From: Bacillus phage PBS1
Sequence record: NC_043027.1
Direction: 5' to 3' (one strand)
DNA: 32,000 nt
In this document: positions 27,463 to 32,000 of the stretch, piece after piece
Numbering within the stretch: position 1 is the first letter of the stretch
How the letters are laid out: every line of letters begins with the position of its first letter
Translations under genes and position numbers: made by a program
Notes under the pieces: model-generated
What the model was told of the DNA's origin: nothing
What the model saw: only the letters and a program-made list of their open reading frames with translations
The model's database searches: none

Positions 27463-28167
27463 ATGTTAGTACCAAAGATGAATAATCCAAGTCTTATAAA
27501 TGAAGATGAGTCTTATGAAGTTGTAATTGATTCTATTGATGATCGTGCAGACTTTTTTAATTTTGAAATTACTTCTAATGAGAAGGAAAGACTAAAATTT
27601 ATCAAACGAATTGAAAAGATAATTAGACGTTCATTTGAATATAAAACTTATATTGGCTTTTTAAAAAATGAACTAGATTTGACAAAATGTACTTTCCTTC
27701 CAATGGTAGATACAAAGGAAATTAAAAAAGTTGGTTTAGAATTCCATCACTACCCTTTTACTCTTTTTGATATTGTAAGCATAGTACTAGATGAACATAT
27801 TCTTGTTAATGGAGAAAAAAGAATTAATCCATTTGATATTGCTGAAGAAGTCATGGAATTACATTATCAGAATTATATAGGGTTAGTTCCACTTACAAAA
27901 ACTGTCCATGAGCTAGTACACTCTGGAAAGATTTTTGTAAACCTTAACTATGTATTTGGTAACTATACTAAGTTTATTAATAAGTATGAGTCAGCCAATA
28001 CTGAAAATTTCCAAGTATTATTAGGTAATTTAGAACAACTTAGTCAGAAAGAAGATAGAGAAGGAAGTATTAATGGTGATATCCTAGACAAGAGTCTATT
28101 AAAACTTAATATTAAAGATATTGAAAATCCTAATAAGATTGAAGTAGAAGATGAACTTCTTGCATAA
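27463..28167 (+). CDS. Uncharacterised protein (234 aa)
   Basis: Supplied ORF with RBS. Confidence 0.82.
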   Translation: MLVPKMNNPSLINEDESYEVVIDSIDDRADFFNFEITSNEKERLKFIKRIEKIIRRSFEYKTYIGFLKNELDLTKCTFLPMVDTKEIKKVGLEFHHYPFTLFDIVSIVLDEHILVNGEKRINPFDIAEEVMELHYQNYIGLVPLTKTVHELVHSGKIFVNLNYVFGNYTKFINKYESANTENFQVLLGNLEQLSQKEDREGSINGDILDKSLLKLNIKDIENPNKIEVEDELLA

Positions 28168-28226
28168 ATATTAAGTTTTAAAAAATTTATTTCTCTTTTT
28201 TATTTTAAAAATTACCCTGCATTTCA

Positions 28227-28238
28227 AACAATTTAATA
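28227..28238 (+). promoter_or_regulatory. Promoter-like motif AACA(N6)TA (AACAATTTAATA) directly abutting the first helix of the structured RNA
   Basis: Same motif as upstream of protein operons, here with no ORF following. Confidence 0.5.
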
Positions 28239-28704
28239 CGTGTGAGAGTAGCATCCTTTCACGATGTTCACACGGAAGGAGATAGTGAGAGGTCTCCTTC
28301 TTACTCAACTGTTCGCAATGTGATTTCTCCATTTAGTACTCTGTGCATACCTCTATAGGTAAACTCTTTATGGGATGATCTTTGTCATTGGTTTTTGTTT
28401 CACCTCCGCATTAGTCACTGAGAGGTTTACCGATCCTCTTGGTGACAATGTGACTGTTCTAGTTGTTAATGTTGGTGCAATTCCAACAGCAGTCACCAAA
28501 TCTAAAATATAAAATTAGCTTTTCATTGGCGGAAAACACTTTTTTATATTTAAGAAAATATAACCATCAAACGTTTCTATTCCCTATTAATAGTTAGATG
28601 ATAACGATCTTTCTATTACATCCAATCCGATACTCCTTCTAATTTTTATTGGTCTAATCAATTCTGTTCGCCATTGATTTAACTAATAAGATTTAGAAGG
28701 GGTA
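28238..28704 (+). ncRNA. Candidate large structured phage ncRNA
   Basis: ORF-free and locally GC-richer. Helices: CGTGTGA 28239-28245/TCACACG 28268-28274; GAAGGAGA 28275-28282/TCTCCTTC 28293-28300; TACCT 28348-28352/AGGTA 28357-28361; GTCACTGAGAGG 28414-28425/CCTCTTGGTGAC 28435-28446; GTGACTG 28450-28456/CAGTCAC 28490-28496 enclosing TGTTGG 28470-28475/CCAACA 28483-28488; AAATATAAAA 28505-28514/TTTTATATTT 28542-28551; TACTCCTTCTAA 28631-28642/TTAGAAGGGGTA 28693-28704 enclosing AATCAAT 28656-28662/ATTGATT 28673-28679. Confidence 0.6.
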
Positions 28705-28727
28705 AATTATTGAAAGGAATGATTTAA

Positions 28728-29087
28728 GTGAATATAGTACTTGAAGCTTTGCTTCTAAAAAAGTTTGAAAAAGAAATTGATGCATTACATACACATTTAA
28801 AAGCTGAAATAGAAAGAGCTATTAATATTTATAAAAATTTAGCTATTGAAGAACTCTTAGATTATAATAAAAATTATGAACTACAAGAAGAATTCTCTTC
28901 TCCGTTTAAAAGCAAGTGGATTAAGAATATTGAATATCTTACACATTTAAAAAGATCTATGAATCTTGGTCAATTTAATATTCTTAAAGCAGATATAGAA
29001 GAGTTAGATAAACATCTTTCTCATCCAAAATTAAATAGAGACAAGACTATTATTCGTTCTTTAATTGATGAAATATTAAAATTTTAA
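28728..29087 (+). CDS. Small uncharacterised protein (119 aa), GTG start
   Basis: Supplied ORF, RBS AAAGGAA. Confidence 0.7.
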   Translation: MNIVLEALLLKKFEKEIDALHTHLKAEIERAINIYKNLAIEELLDYNKNYELQEEFSSPFKSKWIKNIEYLTHLKRSMNLGQFNILKADIEELDKHLSHPKLNRDKTIIRSLIDEILKF

Positions 29088-29121
29088 TTTCATTAATTTT
29101 TATAAAAATAATCCTACACTT

Positions 29122-29133
29122 AACATATAAATA
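29122..29133 (+). promoter_or_regulatory. Promoter-like motif AACA(N6)TA (AACATATAAATA)
   Basis: Upstream of the tRNA gene. Confidence 0.45.
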
Positions 29134-29223
29134 TAAGGACGACATATTTTAAAATTTGTCTATGAACTTGTTAAGTATGGCAGTATTTAATAAGTTTAAA
29201 AATTTTACTCTTCTAGATTTTAT

Positions 29224-29297
29224 TGGGATATAGCCAAGTGGTAAGGCAACATGCTGTTAACATGTCTATTTCGTAGGTTCGAATCCTACTATCCCAG
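29224..29297 (+). tRNA. tRNA-Asn (anticodon GTT), no encoded CCA
   Basis: Acceptor TGGGATA/TATCCCA, D-arm GCC-AAGTGGTAA-GGC, anticodon stem ACATG-CTGTTAA-CATGT, T-arm GTAGG-TTCGAAT-CCTAC, discriminator G. Confidence 0.95.
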
Positions 29298-29340
29298 TAA
29301 AGTCTAGAAGGGTTTTTACTGCCTATTTAGGAGGTCTATA

Positions 29341-29478
29341 ATGTTTAACTTCTTAATAATCTTATTTGATATATTTATAATATTATGTATGTTACCGTTT
29401 CTATTTATATTTAATTCAATGGGAAAAATGATCCTGCTAAAAAATAGGGAGAAAAATATAGATGTTAAAAAAGATTAG
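29341..29478 (+). CDS. Small membrane protein (45 aa)
   Basis: ATG behind TAGGAGGTCTATA; MFNFLIILFDIFIILCMLPFLFIFNSMGKMILLKNREKNIDVKKD; overlaps the next start. Confidence 0.6.
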   Translation: MFNFLIILFDIFIILCMLPFLFIFNSMGKMILLKNREKNIDVKKD

Positions 29479-29797
29479 ATATTTTATTAAATCAGATGTA
29501 GAGTTACATTGTCGTAATATTTGGGAAGATGGAGTTAAAAGGATTGATGGTTTTAATTTTATAAGTAAGAAACCATTTTCTAATAGTTATCAGTATCATG
29601 CACCTCTAACTCTTGAATGTACTTATAGAATGTTAAAACTGATTCAAAGATCTATAAAAGAAAATAAGAGATCATTAACTTTTAAAATTAATCATGGTAT
29701 GTCATGTAGTGAATCTATTACTATATGGAAAGGTAGTTTTAAAAAAGCTGAAAAATTAATGTTTGATTTAATAGAAAATATTCAAAAACAATATTAA
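29462..29797 (+). CDS. Small uncharacterised protein (111 aa)
   Basis: Supplied ORF, RBS AGGGAG inside the preceding small ORF. Confidence 0.7.
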   Translation: MLKKIRYFIKSDVELHCRNIWEDGVKRIDGFNFISKKPFSNSYQYHAPLTLECTYRMLKLIQRSIKENKRSLTFKINHGMSCSESITIWKGSFKKAEKLMFDLIENIQKQY

Positions 29798-29816
29798 TTT
29801 TCAAATTAAAAACTAA

Positions 29817-29856
29817 AATAAGTAAACTAGATATTAGATAATCTAGTTTACTTATT
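29817..29856 (+). terminator. 16-bp perfect hairpin
   Basis: AATAAGTAAACTAGAT-ATTAGATA-ATCTAGTTTACTTATT. Confidence 0.6.
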
Positions 29857-29879
29857 AAATTATGGAGTGAGGAGTATAA

Positions 29880-30650
29880 ATGACAATGTTAACGGTTAAA
29901 CAGAGAATCGGAAATCTACATGATAATATCAATAATGCAAGAAGTAATATAGTAAGTCTCTCAGACAATATTAATGAAATTAAAGAAATCTACAAGGAAA
30001 TAAATTCTTCTAAATCATTTTTACAAGATGTTGAACAATTATTGGCTACAAAGTATAATAATGAGATTAAGAAGATTTTAGAAAGTATTTTTGATAATAA
30101 AACTTTAACAGGTTTCCATGAAAATACTGAAACTAATGTAGTTAATGCAAGTCTGAATTTATTTGATAAAATAACAAAAGATGTTGATGAAGAATTTTTT
30201 GATATTAATATATTGGAAATTTTATCTTCACAGAGAATTGAGATTGATTTTGATTCTAGAATTATTGAGAATGTTTCAATGAAATCAACTTTGGAATTCA
30301 TATCTAGTATTATTAGACAGAAGATAGAATCAAAAGAAGTATTAAATATTAGACTAAATCATAATTTAAAACGTCTGGATAAGAGTATTAAGATCACAAA
30401 AAAATCAAGAGAAATCAATCAAGAATCTAAGAATAAGATAAATGAGCAAATTATTGCCAATGAAATTTATATCACAAAGGCGAATAACTTTATTAAAGAG
30501 CCACAGTTAAATATTTATATCCAAAAACTAGAGAAAGAGATAGAATCTAGTATGGAAAAAATGAAGAACTACTTAGATAGTTATTTTGGAATTGAATTTT
30601 TTATTCAAAGTAAAAATAATAGATTAAGTGAGTCATTATCCTCTAATTAG
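29880..30650 (+). CDS. Predicted helical/coiled-coil protein (256 aa), uncharacterised
   Basis: Supplied ORF; long charged helical stretches; RBS GGAGTGAGG. Confidence 0.78.
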   Translation: MTMLTVKQRIGNLHDNINNARSNIVSLSDNINEIKEIYKEINSSKSFLQDVEQLLATKYNNEIKKILESIFDNKTLTGFHENTETNVVNASLNLFDKITKDVDEEFFDINILEILSSQRIEIDFDSRIIENVSMKSTLEFISSIIRQKIESKEVLNIRLNHNLKRLDKSIKITKKSREINQESKNKINEQIIANEIYITKANNFIKEPQLNIYIQKLEKEIESSMEKMKNYLDSYFGIEFFIQSKNNRLSESLSSN

Positions 30651-30655
30651 TTTAT

Positions 30656-30667
30656 AACAATAAATTA
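30656..30667 (+). promoter_or_regulatory. Promoter-like motif AACA(N6)TA (AACAATAAATTA)
   Basis: 23-34 nt upstream of the holin-like start. Confidence 0.5.
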
Positions 30668-30689
30668 AATAAATAAAGGAGGGTTATTA

Positions 30690-31109
30690 ATGACACCTGA
30701 ACTTATGAATTTAATTTATTGTGTTATTCTAGCAGTAGTTGTATTAGCTGGAGGTTTTGGAGTTAGTGTCTTCCTAAAAAGACATAAAGAACTAGCTCCA
30801 GTCCTTCAAGAAGTAACTAATGCTCTCCCAACTGTATTAGGAGTACTAAAGGCTATTGTGACTAAGGGTGTTTCACAACATCCTGCGGCTCATGCTTTTG
30901 ATGTTTTACAAAAAGTGGCTGAAGTTGCCGCTAAAGGTGTAGAGCAAGTGAGTCAAGGTACAGAGTTGCAATCTGAAGAAAAATTAAAGTTGGCTAAAGA
31001 AAACTTCCATGCTATTGCTGAAGGTGTTGGTCTTAAGCCATCTGAACTTGATGAGAAGGCTGTTGAAACTCTCATTGAGAATGTAGTATTTCATTTCAAC
31101 AAAAAATAA
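30690..31109 (+). CDS. Holin-like protein resembling the LL-H holin family (139 aa)
   Basis: N-terminal membrane segment LIYCVILAVVVLAGGFGVSVFLKRHKE followed by a soluble amphipathic region; RBS AGGAGG. Confidence 0.5.
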   Translation: MTPELMNLIYCVILAVVVLAGGFGVSVFLKRHKELAPVLQEVTNALPTVLGVLKAIVTKGVSQHPAAHAFDVLQKVAEVAAKGVEQVSQGTELQSEEKLKLAKENFHAIAEGVGLKPSELDEKAVETLIENVVFHFNKK

Positions 31110-31116
31110 TAAATTG

Positions 31117-31149
31117 CTCCTATAATCCTAAAAGATTATAGGAGTTTTT
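31117..31149 (+). terminator. 11-bp perfect hairpin plus T5
   Basis: CTCCTATAATC-CTAAAA-GATTATAGGAG-TTTTT. Confidence 0.9.
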
Positions 31150-31162
31150 AAATATATATTAT
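31150..31162 (+). promoter_or_regulatory. Promoter-like motif AAATATATATTAT abutting the terminator
   Basis: Same motif as at 21955, 24311 and 1962, upstream of the 31202 gene. Confidence 0.5.
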
Positions 31163-31201
31163 TTCTTTGTAATTAGATAATAAAAATTAAGGGGGAATAA
31201 T

Positions 31202-31348
31202 ATGAATTATTCAGTACATATTGCGTATAAAGATTATGGAACATTCTACACTCAAATACCTGCAAAAGATTATAATGATGCTATTTCAAAAATGATCAAT
31301 AATGCAGTTATGGAAGGAAAGCAAATACTATCTATCAAAGTTTATTAA
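31202..31348 (+). CDS. Small uncharacterised protein (48 aa)
   Basis: RBS AAGGGGG, ATG; MNYSVHIAYKDYGTFYTQIPAKDYNDAISKMINNAVMEGKQILSIKVY. Confidence 0.65.
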   Translation: MNYSVHIAYKDYGTFYTQIPAKDYNDAISKMINNAVMEGKQILSIKVY

Positions 31349-31360
31349 GGAGTAAAGTTA

Positions 31361-31540
31361 ATGGCTGTTAATGATACTTTAGGAATGATTATGGGTGTAT
31401 TATTCATATTCATATTTACTTATGGACTAGTTACTGTTAAAACTAAATTAGAGAAAGCTATATTCTCAATATTTGCATTGTTATTTATTGGATTCTTTAT
31501 TTTTAATATTACTATGTTAGTATTGGAAACAACAAGATAA
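31361..31540 (+). CDS. Small two-segment membrane protein (59 aa)
   Basis: RBS AAGGAG; MAVNDTLGMIMGVLFIFIFTYGLVTVKTKLEKAIFSIFALLFIGFFIFNITMLVLETTR. Confidence 0.65.
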   Translation: MAVNDTLGMIMGVLFIFIFTYGLVTVKTKLEKAIFSIFALLFIGFFIFNITMLVLETTR

Positions 31541-31559
31541 AATAAAGGAGTGATTAATA

Positions 31560-31928
31560 ATGGAACATTCATTTTGTCCAGAGTGTTATGAGATGAGAGA
31601 TTTTAATGAAGTTTTTAAAAGTGATACATTTAATTTCTATGGACAAGAAATTGAAATTACTAGTCGTTTTCTAGAATGTACAATATGTGGGGAAGAGATT
31701 ACTGATCCAAAGAGAATTGATGAAAATTTTATTAAAGCTTATACTAAGTATAGGAATGAAAATAACCTTCTTCATTCAGAAGAGATAAAAAATATTAGAG
31801 AAAAGAAAAACTTATCTCAAGAAGAATTTGCAGAAATACTTGGTTGCTCTAAAAGAACTATTCAAAGAATTGAAACAGGAGCTTTACAAACTAAAGAACA
31901 AGATAAAAAAATAAGAGAATTAGTTTAA
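31560..31928 (+). CDS. YgiT-type zinc finger + XRE-like HTH protein (MqsA/HigA-like antitoxin or regulator)
   Basis: CPECYE...CTICGEEI zinc pairs; LSQEEFAEILGCSKRTIQRIETG helix-turn-helix; RBS AAAGGAG. Confidence 0.8.
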   Translation: MEHSFCPECYEMRDFNEVFKSDTFNFYGQEIEITSRFLECTICGEEITDPKRIDENFIKAYTKYRNENNLLHSEEIKNIREKKNLSQEEFAEILGCSKRTIQRIETGALQTKEQDKKIRELV

Positions 31929-31956
31929 ATAACTAATTAATTGGGAGAGAAAACAA

Positions 31957-32000
31957 ATGGCAATGACAGCGCAAACAGAGGAATTAATGAAAATGAGAAA
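31957..32000 (+). CDS. Start of a further CDS, truncated by the window edge
   Basis: GGGAGAG RBS then ATG GCA ATG ACA GCG..., open to the end. Confidence 0.45.
   Translation, partial: MAMTAQTEELMKMR

Noticed and set aside
28441-28497. tRNA or tRNA pseudogene (GGTGAC...T-arm-like...GTCACC)
   Set aside because: Only 57 nt, no anticodon arm, and the T-loop has G instead of T at position 55; better explained as part of the structured RNA.
24016-30301. ORFs 24016..24228(-), 24470..24751(-), 25547..25843(-), 26634..26903(+), 27195..27386(+), 29990..30301(-)
   Set aside because: All antisense to better supported coding sequences with proper RBS and operon context.
1-32000. CRISPR array, transposase/integrase or large direct repeats
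   Set aside because: No regularly spaced repeat units and no recognisable recombinase in any frame; recurrent elements are only the short promoter-like motifs and hairpins.

Overview
This 32-kb, AT-rich window is a piece of a large tailed-phage genome. The host is probably Gram-positive, judging from the strong GGAGG-type ribosome binding sites. Recognisable genes are a class Ib ribonucleotide reductase operon (primase - nrdI - nrdE - nrdF), dCMP deaminase, a GroEL-like chaperonin, RNase HI, a guanylate-kinase-like protein, gp25-like and T4 gp26/gp51-like baseplate proteins, a zinc-finger PD-(D/E)XK-type endonuclease, a holin-like protein, a YgiT-zinc-finger/HTH antitoxin-like protein and a tRNA-Asn. 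Many ORFs have no recognisable family. The most interesting signals are non-coding. (1) A ~470-nt gene-free segment (28227-28704) is packed with nested helices (6-12 bp), starts directly after a promoter-like motif and lies upstream of the tRNA; it looks like a large ornate phage ncRNA of the GOLLD/ROOL kind or a new class. (2) A second candidate ncRNA (about 1976-2245) has its own promoter-like motif and terminator. (3) Two recurrent upstream motifs, AAATATATATTAT and AACA(N6)TA, mark nearly every transcription unit boundary and resemble the early/late promoters reported for AR9/PBS1-type jumbo phages with their own multisubunit RNA polymerase. (4) Many long near-perfect hairpins (11-18 bp) occur, several overlapping stop codons. 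No database search or folding computation was run; all family names come from reading the translated sequences.
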